64,000 bases of DNA from Azolla caroliniana (GCA_043228905.1 JBHGNT010000001.1:36022001-36086000), one strand, 5' to 3'; positions 1 to 13,398 are shown, counted from the stretch's first letter. Made by a program: numbers and translations. Notes: generated from the sequence alone by a model not told the origin.

Positions 1-61
1 CTAATGAAAGTTGTGATTGTTCTTTGTTGATGAGCATGTGTGGTTGTAATATTGTCCTTCA

Positions 62-440
62 ACAACTTCTCCTTGTGTCTCTTGAGTTATCGCAAGAAAA
101 GTCCCAGGCATCATTGGTTCTCATATTCCATTACCTTGCATAGTGGGCCAAAGCGTTTTTTAAAGAGGCAATTGCACAAAGTACAACCACACAAGCTCAT
201 CAACAATGAACAATCACAACTTCTCCTTGTGTCTCTTGAGTTCTCGCAAGAAACGCCCCGAGTATCATTGGTCCTCATATTCCACTACCTTGCGTAGTGG
301 GCCAAACCGTTTCTTAAAGAGGCAATTGCATCTCCTTCTTATTTCATAAAAACAATACGATGAGAAACATAGAGTTCAGATTGCATCTCCTTCTTATTTC
401 ATAAAAACAATACGATGAGAAACATAGAGTTCAGATTGCA
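62..440. repeat. Two local direct duplications: about 115 bp (62-177 vs 217-330) and a 55-bp tandem unit (326-440)
   Basis: caacttctccttgtgtctcttgagtt...aaagaggcaattgca occurs twice; ttgcatctccttcttatttcataaaaacaatacgatgagaaacatagagttcaga occurs twice. Confidence 0.9.
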
Positions 441-3400
441 CTCCTTGATGACAATTGGCAGGTTCTTTCTTCTGCAGGTATTTGTGCATATCTGCCTACC
501 TTGATATCTAGCTGAAGGTTATTTTGTTTTCCAAGTTGATAATATCAGTTCGGATCATTCTATTTATTTTCTAGAGGGAGGCTGCAAAACCAACTTTTCT
601 TTCATTCAGCTGGCTTGGCCCAAGATATCTGAAAATGGTTTGCAGGATGGCACATTGAAGAACATCTAGAGATTCATGCAGAGGAAAAGAAAGGGATGGA
701 AGAACACAACTCAATGTTTTCACTTGGCCGAAGATTCTTAACGAGGATGGAGCCATTGAAGATGGAGCTCAGCTGCTCTTTGCTCCACTTGGGCACAAAC
801 CAAACTAGCTACGTTTTACATTTCCTTTTGGTTCTACCATTTAAAAATCCCCCCACTATACAGCTGGCAAGAGCACTTGAGCACAAACCAAACTAGCTAA
901 GTTTTTCATTTCAGCTTTGACATTTCCTTTTGATTCTAATTATTATTGATCTCATGGGTCAAATTGTCCCTTTTTTGAAGTTAAGATAGCATGAGCATCA
1001 ACTATTGTAGCACAACCACAAACTGACATAGATACATCACATTCTCTAACAGAGGTTTCATATGTTGGAAGGATCAAATTCATGACCTATTTGCCCATAT
1101 CACTATTGAAATCTTTATATCATAGGCAACAAAGTCTTTTGACATTACATTTCTAAATTGCTAAATTCGAATCTTAATATGCATTGACAGAACTATACCC
1201 AATAATTCTCATTTCCAAATAGGTGTTGACCACAACTCCCTATCACAGTTCCTCATCCATCAATATGAAAATCAAATTATCCGGAATTGAATCAAAGCCT
1301 CATGGTTACTTTGTCAGACATGTACAGCATAGTAATTAAGCCCATTACATATACCTAATAGAAAATCTTATGTCGATTAACCTAGTCATGACTCATACAA
1401 CTTGCATACATCCTGGCTCATGTGATCCTTTCAAAGGATTCCAGAAGTTCTTAGACATATCATGAGATTGATCTATTTAAAGAAATATTTCTATGCATAT
1501 GCAAAGTCTATTATGGCCTTTCCTAGAATGACAATGCAAAAGACCTGGATGGTGTTCCATCATCCCCATTCAGCTATCTTCTTAAGTCTGCCCTAAACAG
1601 AAGACACTCACTCATTCAAATCCAGCTCCTGTGTCAAATTCTAGTTGTCAAGATAAAATAATCGAAGTTTTTATAGGAAACTTAAATCTGGATCCTTTTA
1701 AAATTGATTTGGCCTTTCTATTGAGAATGTAGAACTAAAATAGATCAGCATAATTATTATGCTATCCTGAATAGCATGATTGGCAAGCAACACACCAATC
1801 GTACATGACTAAATTTGCATATAAAAATCTGAAAGTAGATTATGGAAATCAAGCTTTATCCTCTTGCATACCAAATGTGATTCTGTCATTCAAGCAATTT
1901 CCTCATAATAATTGGAGGTGCTGCTAAAATACTCGAACGCCACTTGACTCCTGATTATCCCACAATCTGTGTACATTCATGTGAGCATACAACTTGTGGA
2001 CATTGAGATAACCCAATCCACTCACATATGTAACTGCACTTTTAGCTTCAGCTGAACACATTACAGACAATATTTGCATGACAATATCGAGAAACCTCAT
2101 CATGGGATAAGAGTACCCAACTAGGCTAAATAAAATATCCAGACGACCTTCACCTTGCAACATGTTTAAAAGAGCGTTTAGCCAGGCAAAAATATCCTAT
2201 ATTGTCCTCCAATTACCTTAGAAAATAAAATCCACCATATAGCCCCGTGATTGAGTTTTCCATGCAACCAACCCAGCTGTGAGAGAAAAGATAAATGCAA
2301 TTTTCAAATTCATCCTGTTAGTAAGTAATTGCATTTTCTGACATATCCATCATAGACATCTTGCCCAACTATAATGAAACCATCCTGACGAAAATTTCCC
2401 AAAAATCACCCAAGTAACTTCAGGATTCACCAAAAGTTTTTATAGAAGATAAAAGTCAACTCACATCTCAGTGACATGGAAAGGAGACAATATTAGTCAA
2501 GTAATTGGTCACATTACCAAGGCCTCTGTAGCTAACATATGAGAAATGATTGTGTGATTAATCAACTTGGATGTTTGAAGCAGATATCCTACCGATGGAG
2601 GTTTTGGGATGTAAAAGCAAAGACAATTGCCACAATTAAAGTGGGATCCTCAACTGAAAACCAGATGGCCAGATCAATCATACAGATTCCAATGCATCCG
2701 ACAAGGTGCATTTCCATGATCAAATAATTGCATCTACAGCTGTTTTTATTGTATGCGATAGAATGCCTACTCATATGACAACCACTCATAGTGCATACCC
2801 ATAGTATCATTCTAAATGAAAGATGGGTTACACCATAGACGAACAATAACAATTCATTTTTCGTGCATGTGGACCATGTCAAGTGCCAACCTAGACCTTG
2901 TCATAAGTAAATCAAGGCAATAATCACCTCAAAATGGAGGTGTGATCCTCTCTTTCGATGCACTCTCCATCTTGGAACAACACACTTGGAGATTTTCAGT
3001 CCATTTGGGCTCACAATGTGATGCGCTTAGTTACCGTGATCTACATTTTGCCCAAGTTGTATGCCCTTAGCCAAATTATTGGGAATAGACATCGTACTCA
3101 TTTAATTTTTTGGTATCCAAGATAAGACTACATGTGCAGATGAAAACATGTCAGATCTAATAGAGGATTGTAGTCTCTTGACATACATTATAATCTTTTC
3201 TCTTTCGGCAACGTAATCCAACCTTGATTTTTATTATCACGGAGAGAATTAGTGTATAGATCCAATCAATCATAAATTCCATCTTTATGAGAATTCTACA
3301 TCTGCAACTTGATTTTTATTATCATGGAGAGCATAAATTTAGAGATCCAGTCAATCCTAAATCCCATGTTTATGAGAATTCTAAATCGATTCCAATGCTA

Positions 3401-3677
3401 AAACTGCTTGAGCCACTCAAATTAAGCAAAACATTTTTATCCTCGAGAATCTTAAATGAAAGATACCAAGAAAGAACGTTATGCTTATGCACCATGGAAA
3501 TTGCTTGTGAGAACTTTCATATGTTGGCCTTTCACTTGTGAAAAATATCTTATTTTAACTAGAATCTGTGAGTTTGAAGTAATAATACAATAGCTTTCAA
3601 TGTTTAGATTATCCAATGGCAATGACCTTTTCAAATAGCTATTATTATATGAATCACAATTGCAAAAATGACATACC

Positions 3678-6037
3678 TTATTGAATTAGTTTGTTTCCAT
3701 TAGTTTGTTGTGATTCTTGTAATGGTGATGGTTGTAGATGATGCCATTGGTGCTGCATCTGCTGTTGTTGCTGTCCATGAATGTACGCATTGTAGAGTTC
3801 CATACTCCTCTGAACATCCATATTCACAGGTGTAGGCTGCAATTAAAAACAATAACAATGATCACATTCTTTCGCATGCCATCTTTTATGTAGTAAAGCA
3901 AATAACAATATTCCGGATATAAGTGCATGCTTATTCATTTCTACATGTGCAACCCTCCAATGCATACCTGAACTAGAGATTGAGGAACATAAAATCGGTA
4001 CGGATCCAATACATGGGGGCTTTGCAAGTGATGATATTGATTATCAGTTGTATTATGTGATGGAACACACAGTTGTGGAGCTCGGGATTGCCCAACAGAT
4101 TGTGGAGAGGAGATTGGTAAAATCGGTACAAGTGTGCGACTGCTAGAAGCAGGAGCAGCAAGATTAACATCCATAGGACCCATCCTGATCCCCATGCCCA
4201 TGCCCATGCCAAAGTTCATGGGTGGAACAGTTACACTTTGCAAGTGATGCATGCCATTACCATTAGGCATCATGCCTGGAGGAATGCATATCCCCGTTCT
4301 TGTGGACCATGCCTATACAAAATATTGGACCAGATGACACCCCTTGGCTTCATGTTTAAATATCACTATTTTTGTTTATGACGGAACTTACAATACCTGT
4401 AACTGTGATTGGAGTAATTTGACATACTCAATGGCTTCATCAAGTATGGAAGCTTTTGCTGTCTGGCACATTCAAATCATAAGAGACAATTATCTTTGTT
4501 AATGCCAGCTTCTCATATTGGTAAAACTTACAATTGATCTTGTGACCTCACCTTAATTGAATTCGGCACTAATTCTCTTAACGCCATCATCTTCTCATTG
4601 ATTTTATCCCTACGTTTCTGAAAAAGAAATGCATAGTTACTCGACTATGTGTTCATCTATCATGCTACAAAGTAATGGGAATAATCCCCATGTATGATAA
4701 GTACCCTTTCACATAAATTGTGCATCTCTGCAGCTCTTGCTCTCTTAGCTGGCTTTTTCTTGTTGTTAACGAGATCTTCACCATCCTATTTCCAGAAACC
4801 CCACAATACAAATGAGTGAAATGATAAGATTAACCGAAAGAAAACAAACAAAAGAAAGGCGGGAAAAAGGCAAATTTACCTCACTTTGATATTCAGAATT
4901 ATCAGTTCGAATGGACTTTTGCTTCCTCAATGATACTGGGGTAGGATCCTGGTCAGATCTCTCTAAGCTACTACTACCTGAGGCTCGAGAGTGCGACATA
5001 ATTCGTTCACTCAAAGGATCGACTAAATTGGCATTGTTGGTGGTGGTGGTGGTGGTGTTGTTGTTGTTTTTGACATTATTGTTTGTGGTGTTATTGTTTT
5101 TGCTGTTGTTGTTGTTGGTGGTGGTGGTGGTGGTGGTGGTGGTGGGGTTGTTATTCCTGTTGTTGATGATGGTGTTGTTCATGGTGTTATTCCTGTTGTT
5201 GTTGTTGTTGTTGCTGCTGATGTTGCTGTTTTTATGGTTGGTGCTCCTACTGCTGCTGCTGTTGTTGTTGTTAGATAACATAACAACGCTTGAGATTTGT
5301 GAGCTAATTTCTCCAACCCTAGCATTGGCACCTCTCCTTATGATGGCATTGTCCGCCTGATCACAATGGGAGATGACTGGGGGTGATGTTACCGAACGCA
5401 ATGGTTGCTGGGATGGTGAGATGTCCTTGCTTTTCTCAGCCCCTGAACTGTCCTTCCTAGGGCAGAGATCATTAGTCGAAATATGAGCTGAATGTTGCCT
5501 TGCTCTCTCTATACTAGTTGGGCCACTTTCAGTACCAACCATGTGAAGCCCTGCCTTAGCCTCTGCCACTGGACTAGAAAACAGAGCAAAATTTCTATGC
5601 CTATTCAATGGGCTATGCCACATACTCTGATGCATTTTATCAAACCCAACATCCACCTCTGGTGCTAGTGGTTGATTCACACCATGCCCTACCGCATCCA
5701 CTATACTATCAGTGTCGTTGTTAGCATTACTCACAATCTCCTCTGTTACCATGTTTACATTAACCATTTGTTCATCTTCATGAAGAAGACCAATCTGGTT
5801 CAAAGAATGCTTCACAATCTGCACATTCGGGTCCCCCACAGACCAATCGGTGTAATACCCGCCTTTGTCGAGCAGCGCATCATCTGTTGGTAGATGGAGC
5901 CACGAGAGCATTTCATTGTCCTGGTCATGGAAATTAGGATCTTGGATTGGAACATCGATAGAGTGGACGGAGGCGGGACAAAACCTCGCCTTCTCCGCCA
6001 TAGCCATGGGAAGGGGGAGGTCAGTGGAGAAGGCCAT
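3678..6037 (-). CDS. Phytochrome-interacting-factor-like bHLH transcription factor (subfamily VII), about 624 aa, 6 coding exons: 6037-4880, 4785-4705, 4617-4552, 4462-4397, 4312-3968, 3836-3678
   Basis: Spliced bHLH reads KRARAAEMHNLCER|KRRDKINEKMMALRELVPNSIK|TAKASILDEAIEYVKLLQSQLQ with the conserved PIF intron positions; all introns are GT-AG and phase 0. PIF-type motifs EMLSWL and NFALFS are present, plus an MGMGMGM C-terminal stretch. The true N-terminus is uncertain. Confidence 0.9.
5030..5275. repeat. Coding trinucleotide (AAC/ACC/AGC) repeats giving a poly-Asn/Thr/Ser tract in the PIF-like protein
   Basis: (GTT)n/(GGT)n runs on the + strand; translation NNNNSSSS...TTTTTTTTTNNNN on the - strand. 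Confidence 0.95.
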
Positions 6038-6264
6038 GGTGATGGAGGAGGAAGTAGAAAAGGTGGGTTCTATTGGGCTTCATGGTGTGATGAGATAAGA
6101 GGTAGTGGGCGATGGAGGAGGAGTTGGGGGGAGGAGGTAGTATCTGCAGCACTGGGCTTCACAACCATTGACCTTCTCTTTCCTCTTTCCTTTTCCTTTC
6201 TTTTTGTGGAGACAGACAGAGACAGAGAAAGAGATTCATTCATTCATTATTCATTCTTTCATGG

Positions 6265-6293
6265 GTATGTATGTATGTATGTGTATGTATGTA

Positions 6294-6362
<69 letters not shown>

Positions 6363-6466
6363 TGTATATGGATTGGGGGGGGGTTACATCCATAATAGAT
6401 TCATTTGGGGATGGATGGATTGGGGGGGGGGGGGGGTACCATCCATAATAGATTCATTTGGGGATG
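6265..6466. repeat. (TATG)n/(TG)n microsatellite followed by a duplicated ~47-bp poly-G-containing unit upstream of the PIF-like gene
   Basis: Direct reading: (gt)n run, then ggattggggggg...catccataatagattcatttgggga twice. Confidence 0.9.
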
Positions 6467-7989
6467 CTACACAACATATTGTCTTATAAAATGCTCTTTC
6501 TTACTTATTTATATATACGTGATGATACTAGTAAAAGAATCCCCGAGTATCTCGTTATACGTCTCCATCCAAAACCCTCACAAGGAAGGAAGTCTGTTAT
6601 TTTATGTCTTCAGAATCTAAGCCTGTCTGAATGTGTATGTTATGGATTGAGAATCCAATCCCCCCAAACTCTTCTTCCTTTTGCTAAATATAGCAAGCAA
6701 TATATATTGACAACTCTTGACTGGTCTTCCAACATGCAACTTGTTTGTCCATGTCCTTCCCCCATTGTCACTCACATGTGGCTTACTCTATACACGCGCC
6801 AAAATTTTGTCTGCAACCACACCTCCGTAGGTAGTCCCCGTGACTAGAAATTCAAGTTGTTGGTTCGGGTTTCGTTGCGTCTGCTTCAAACTCGAAATGC
6901 TAGTGTTATTGGCCTCCTGACTGTGATTGATTCCTCTTTTCTACTCTTAATCTTTTTTTATCGCAACCTTCAATCATTGATTCCTCACTATGATTCCATT
7001 CCTATCCCCGCACTTTTCCAATGTGGTTGCATGCATAGTGGATTCAAATGTGTGTATAATCTATCGTCAATCCCTCTACTCTAACCAGTCTTCTCTCTAC
7101 TTGAACTTGGTGCTATGAGTGGCCTAGTTTGAAAAGTTACCTAAATGAAAAAGTCATTGGATTTCTTATTATAATAAAAGAGTACAACTAATTGAGCTAT
7201 TATTAGAAACGATAAGACAAAGATTCATTAATAAATTGTCTAATTCTAATTCTTGTTTCTATCTCGTTCTTCTATATTTAATTCATTGATACATTTGCAA
7301 AAAGAGACGGTGCATGTTGCACATGTAGTGATTGCTTTTTTTACTAATTTCGCTTGTTCCACTTTCTATCATGTATACATATATTCTATTCCATAAGTCA
7401 TCCACCATACATTTGAAAAGAATAGGGAATGCATCCCACGGTCCTATATGTTTGTTTTTTTACCATCCATGAGTTAGGATAGGTCCTATATGTTTGTTTT
7501 TTTACCATCCATGAGTTAGGATAGAGAGACATGTCACATGACGTAGAATTAGGATCTAAACACCGAGAGGGGGCCTTTGAGAATGATTGCTACATCCAAG
7601 AAACTATCCCAAGTAACTTTTGAGGTTTGTCAAGAATGAACAACAACAAAATGTAACAAAATAATTGTCGAGGTTCATGATCCGGTTTAAATAAAACTTC
7701 ATCTTTGATGACTTGTGTGTGTGTGTGTGTGTGCGCGCGCGCATGCGCTACAACTTCCACATATGGATCTCAGTTTCGACAACGTGCATGCAATGTGAAA
7801 CGGATCAAGTATAGCCTTCTCTACCAGCTTTGTCGTAGGCTTCGAATTGGGTGAATGCATTCACCACCCTACTCTCTAACCAAGAAAACTATTTGGGTTT
7901 ACGCTTCTAAGATGACTCCATTTTTGCTAGATGCTCAATACATTCATTTATATACCATCTTTGTCACATGCAAACCCCTTTGAGCAGCT

Positions 7990-9780
7990 CACTACTTTGA
8001 CCTTACTCTCAACAAAATATCATCAGCTAAACTTTTTTTTGCTTGATGAATACCTTGAAATAACACTACTCCATTCAAGACAATCTAGATGCTTTTTAAG
8101 TTTGACCTCAAGGCTTGTGGGAATTATATTGGAGAGGATATTGGAAGTGGTTTCATCCTACATGTTAAGTCTCCTTTCGGAGCATCCATCTTTTTTGTTA
8201 AAAATAAACATGGATCGTGTCAACTTGGTTTTGACTATCATGGTCTAAATCACTTAACCATAAAGAATAAATATCTCTTACCTTCGATCCACAAGCATCT
8301 CAATCACCTCCAAATGGGAGAGTCTTCTCCAACATTGAGCTACCTAACACCAACAACATAGTTCATCTGAGGTTCACTAACGAATGGAAGACTACATTCC
8401 AAACCTACTACGACCATTTTTTAGCCTACTATAGGCAATGCATTTTGGGCATAAAACACCTCATCTATCTTCCAACATATGATGAATGAGACTTTTTTGG
8501 AACAAATGGATCAATTCGTCATAGTCTATCGCATTGGTGCCACAAAAACTCTCAAGATAGAATCATGGAGCTATTGGTGATCACGACAATGGAAGCTAAT
8601 CAAGGTATTTGTTAAACCATGTGATACATGTGTTCGTCACAAATCCCCCCATCGTCATCCTTGTAGTCTTTCAACCTCTTTTGATCATTGTCTTGCCTTG
8701 GGCTTCAATTTCAATGTATCCTATCACGAACCTCTCGTTAATCAATGGTTGTGATTTATGCTCAAAATACTCAATTGGATTACAAAGACGATTCATTTTA
8801 TTGTTTGTTTGTAAAGCGATCTTGAGCTTAGAAATAACAACTAATGCTTGCGAATGTGGTTTTGCTACATGTGCTCCTAAGTGACATTGGTTTGGATTGT
8901 GGTCCATAAATCATCTCAAATTTCTTGAAGCGTCCATTTAAGCTCCTCAAGACTCCAATGAAGTTATCATTACCATTTCACCCTTACATATAACCAAATA
9001 GAAAGGAGAAATCGACCCGCCGAACAACATCTATAGTTATGGCGAGCTATCAGCGAGATTATTGGATTCAATTCTTACCACTTTTAGAGTTCCTCAACTT
9101 AATTTCTTTGCTAATTACGATTTCCATATGCCTCTCAAGTATCCACATTGGTTTCATAAAACCTTCCATATAAGAATGATCATGAATACTCAAGGAAGGC
9201 TCGCCTATAACCAATATGACAACATGCAGGGTTCACTAGATACTGTGAACAAGAGAAAGAAGAAGTTCCTTCACTTATGGAAAAAGTTACCCCTGTTTAC
9301 TCAAGGGCCTCAATGGAACTATCAACTTCCATGGACCCTTTCTTGAATATCAGTGAAGCATGGTAGAGTGCAACAATAAAGTTCCATACCTTTTACAAAG
9401 TTCTAGCTTTGGTCTTGGGATTATCGTATATCATTGTACATGAAATTTGTAAGCTTTTGGACACACAAGCTTAAGTTGTAGCATTCACATGTTTTTTCTT
9501 AATACTAATGAGGAAAATCTTTGAAGAAGAAAAAAGGCTCACCTACAGCCAAGAAAGGCATAGAATAAAGTTGATCAACGAAGATTGCCTCGCGAATCAA
9601 GGTTGGAGACAAACCCAACCTCCTATGAAGCAATATTGTGATGCCCTATCATCTACCAATTGAACTACAAGAGGTTGGTCACTTCCATATTGTGGAGCCA
9701 AAAACATTATTGGCTTTCCAACTCGTCCTCTCGACACACTTTTGGGTCTAGTATGTGTTCCAGACAATGTTGTTGGAACC
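7990..9780 (+). mobile_element. Degenerate Ty3/Gypsy LTR retrotransposon pol remnant (RT and integrase fragments)
   Basis: RT N-terminus GFI..VKSPFGASIFFVKNKHGS...DYHGLNHLTIKNKYLLPSI, then WKTTF and FQHMMNE..F; integrase-like PWASISM. Many stops and frameshifts; boundaries approximate. Confidence 0.85.
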
Positions 9781-12057
9781 TTACATGTTCCTAATTCTTA
9801 ATCACAAACTTCTATGAGTATACTAAAATAAATGTCCATTGCATATGAGGCAAAACAACATTGGAGTTTATAAATGTGCCCCATAGATATTTTATAATCT
9901 CATGAGTGGATGTTCTTTTGACAATAACAAATGTGATCATAAAGGAAACCAAATTTTAATATGCAAGAATTCAAGATGAAAATTACAAAAAGACAAACCG
10001 AGAAAAATATGATTTGTAATAAATTATGGTTTTGGCTTATTGCTTATTAGGTCAAGTTTAAACAAAATATTCATATAACAAACATTGACAAACATTGGTC
10101 CTACAACATATGCACAACCATATATGCAAGACCATCGTTTAGTTTATTTTGTGAACTAATATTATGGTTTTGGGTTATTTTGCTAGCTAAAATCCCAATA
10201 AAATATTCACAGTAAGTGACAAAATATGCACGATCTTTATTATGGTTTTGGCTTATTTGATCAGGTCATATCGTATGAAAATATCCATATAGTAATTGTA
10301 TAAACAATGGTCACATGAATAAGTCCACTAAACGAGGGCTAAGATAATAAATTGTTAGTGAGGTTTATAGATCAATGTATATTCTAGGAGAGGTGCTTCC
10401 AGGTGAGTAACCTATATACCAGTTGTTAGGGTGGAAGCTTAGTGTCACAATAACCCATTGTCAGCTCACATGTGGAATGTAGTAGGAATCCATGCATGAT
10501 TAAGGTTTTGGAACCTAGTGAATGTTATCATACTAAATATACGTACTATATATAATTGTTTTGTGTGAATGTACACACTCCAACTAACAAATTGCACACT
10601 CTTGAACTTGCCCTTTGCTCTAATTGTTTGGAGTTAACATGTGAATGGGAATAAGAAAATGTGAGAGAGATGATGATATTTTAACTTCCTCCTATGGCCA
10701 AAACATTATCTAAGGACCATAAAATTGCAAAGAACTTTGTATACTATCATAAGATAGGTGTTAATGGGAAATTTTAAACTTATCCAATAGTAAGCCATGG
10801 CCCATAAGTATGGTGACTAGTGTGTCCTTCATTCGATATCAAACTTGCATCAATGTTGTATCATGTAATTAACGAGCATTTACATTTAATGCAATATATT
10901 ATTCCTCTCACTCTCATGATGATGGATTGTCGTTATTCTTTGCTAACACATTGACAAATTAGTAATCAACATGCAAATGAAGGGTTGCGAAGTTTAACCT
11001 CTATCTTACCACATTATAATCTAATGTCTTCGAGTTAAGGTATAATGCATAGGCCTAGAGAGGCTAGTTAGTTATAACCGAGGATTAATATGATATTGCA
11101 AGTTAGTTCATTCATATTGTCTTGTGGTTAAATATTTGTAGATTTTTAATTATATTGTTGATCTTTTGTGATTCTACAAATTTAGAATCTGACAATATCT
11201 GTGAGCAAAGGTACAAAAACCAAAAACATATTGTAGGGGTGTTCATGGGTTTGGGAGGAAAAAAAACAAATAATACCCCAATCTCCATGGAGATTCACCC
11301 AATTCGAGAATTGACCATCCATCTTCTTGTGTTCTTTACCACCATGTTTTAGGTGGTTAGGCTTGAGCTCCATCACTTGCATGGGGTGTGGGTGTGGGTG
11401 TGAAAGAGAGAGAGAAGTTATGATGATGATATCTTAACATCCTCAATATGGGACAGGAACGTGACTTGATGGGACCTAGAGAGGTACGTATATGTATTGT
11501 ACCTATAGAAATAGATCAAGTTTTTAACATTCACGAGAGACACCAATACAAATTTGTGGGCTAAATTTGGGTCCATGGATAGAACTTTGGGTGCCTTCAT
11601 TTTTATAAATATTGGTGCTATAATGTAAACCACAAAAGCTAATAACCAAAGAGAAACATGTACTTTTAAGAGAAAAATAACATGATTGATGGGACCTAGA
11701 GAGGTATAGGCACATACATAAATAGATAAAGTTATTAACATATACTAGAAACAAAATACAATCTATGGGACAAGTTCGGGCCCGTGCATAGGACTTGGTC
11801 GTTCATTTTCATACATTTTAATGCTACAATTTAAACCACAAAAGGTAATGACCAAAGAGAATTATTTTATTTTGAGAGAGAAATATGCATGTGTTTGTGT
11901 CAGTAGATTGATTTGTATTGTCTTGAGATAAAAGATCACATATGGGGGGCCAAAAACATGGCTTATGATCCATTACAATTGGTGTTGTGTATAACCACAT
12001 ATAGCTCATGTGTTTGCTTGAGGTGGCCACTATGCTTATGTGGAGGACATACATACA

Positions 12058-12378
12058 TAATAATTGGAAGCGGTTGGGTTCGGTTTGAGAGGGTCCAAAC
12101 CGAACAATTCAAATTTTTTGAAACCTGAACCGAACCACAAAACCGTTAAACAATTTTCAAACCGTAAAAAACCGTGGTTTCGTGGTTTAGTTTCGGTTTT
12201 TAACTTAGGTCAAATTTTAGAATTTTAAAGATGTTCCTAAAATGTGAGAATAAGGTCTAAAAATGAAAAGATTCTTTAAAAACAATTTTTAAAATTGTTT
12301 TAAGTTTTTTTTTAAAATAAAAAACCGTTAAGTCATTAAGTCACGGTTCGGTTCAAACCGAACCGTTGCCGATTGTTA
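12058..12378. mobile_element. hAT-type MITE (non-autonomous), copy 1
   Basis: Imperfect TIRs taataattggaagcggtt / aaccgttgccgattgtta; internal aaccg/cggtt subterminal motifs; 8-bp flanks tacataca / tacatatg. Confidence 0.8.
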
Positions 12379-12517
12379 TACATATGCCCCTAAAAGGTAG
12401 AGGTTGGTGTGTCTGACTTGGAATTTTGCGAGTTAGTGCATGTAATAATTGATAAAGTAAAATGACAATAAATGCTTCATATTGCATTGTGAAATGCTCC
12501 TCGTATCTCATGTCATG

Positions 12518-12553
12518 GTTTAGGGTTTAGGGTTTAGGGTTTAGGTTTTAGGG
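12518..12553. repeat. Interstitial plant telomere repeat, (TTTAGGG) about 5 copies
   Basis: gtttagggtttagggtttagggtttaggttttagggg. Confidence 0.9.
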
Positions 12554-13398
12554 GCAAGAATATGTGGTTGGAACTTAGATGTGCCCTATGACTTACGCAT
12601 AGATATCCCAAGATGTTGGATTTATATGACTATAATTGCACTTCTTGGCATCCTTGTTCCACTTCAAGTAGTGCTACAACCATTCCATCTCTTGAAACAT
12701 TTGCATATGTATGCCCAAGAGAAGAAATGATTGCCTTAATTAAAAGCTTCTATGTGTTTTTAGAATCCTTGGAGATAGAGATAGAGAAAAGGATTTGTCG
12801 TTAAGAGGTCAAATATGACATATGGAACTAAAAGTCAAATATTTTTATATACTATGTATGTGTAGAATTGGGAAGTGGTTCTTAATGTTCCAATAATTTT
12901 GCTATATAGAATGCATGTTAAGATTTTGAGAGGGATATGTGAAGGGAATGGACAGAATTGATAAAGTATTCCAATACACTCGTAAGCTTTAAGGCATCTT
13001 TTAAGCTACTCTAAAAAATCACTATGTCATCTACATATATCAAAAACATGATAACTACATTCCCAATGGTAACTTCTTTAGCGTTCAAATTTTCTATTTC
13101 ATAAATAAAAAAGAGTTGTTGAGAGTTGGCATCTTTGCGTAAGGATTTGAAATTCCATCTCCCCTACAAACATGGAATATCGACCTTTGAAAAGAAAATA
13201 TAAACTTTTATGGAGGTAAATTTGTGTCCTCATGGGCTTTTAGAAAAGAAGTTTAATTCTAATTATGCGCCCTTCAGATCCATCATGAAACAAAGGTATT
13301 TTTTATTAGAGAGAGATGGATAGAGTATAATGATTCATGAAATTAGTAACGATACTGTAAAGAATCAAACACACTAACACGAATGGCATGGTCAGGAG

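Noticed and set aside
460-900. Exon-like fragments (ctgcag|gta, short + strand ORF)
   Set aside because: No coherent reading frame or known domain could be assembled.
4911-5360. 149-aa poly-Leu/Val hydrophobic ORF on the + strand resembling a membrane protein
   Set aside because: It is the antisense reading of the AAC/ACC repeats in the PIF-like exon; such repeats lack stops by construction.
5894-6489. ORFs with CVCVCV runs, and ERERER/SLSLSL ORFs elsewhere (19953, 22159, 45245, 54032, 55695)
   Set aside because: These are translations of dinucleotide microsatellites.
11744-11795. Possible Helitron 3' end (ctag ... cccgtgca)
   Set aside because: The hairpin is incomplete and the spacing to CTAG is too long.
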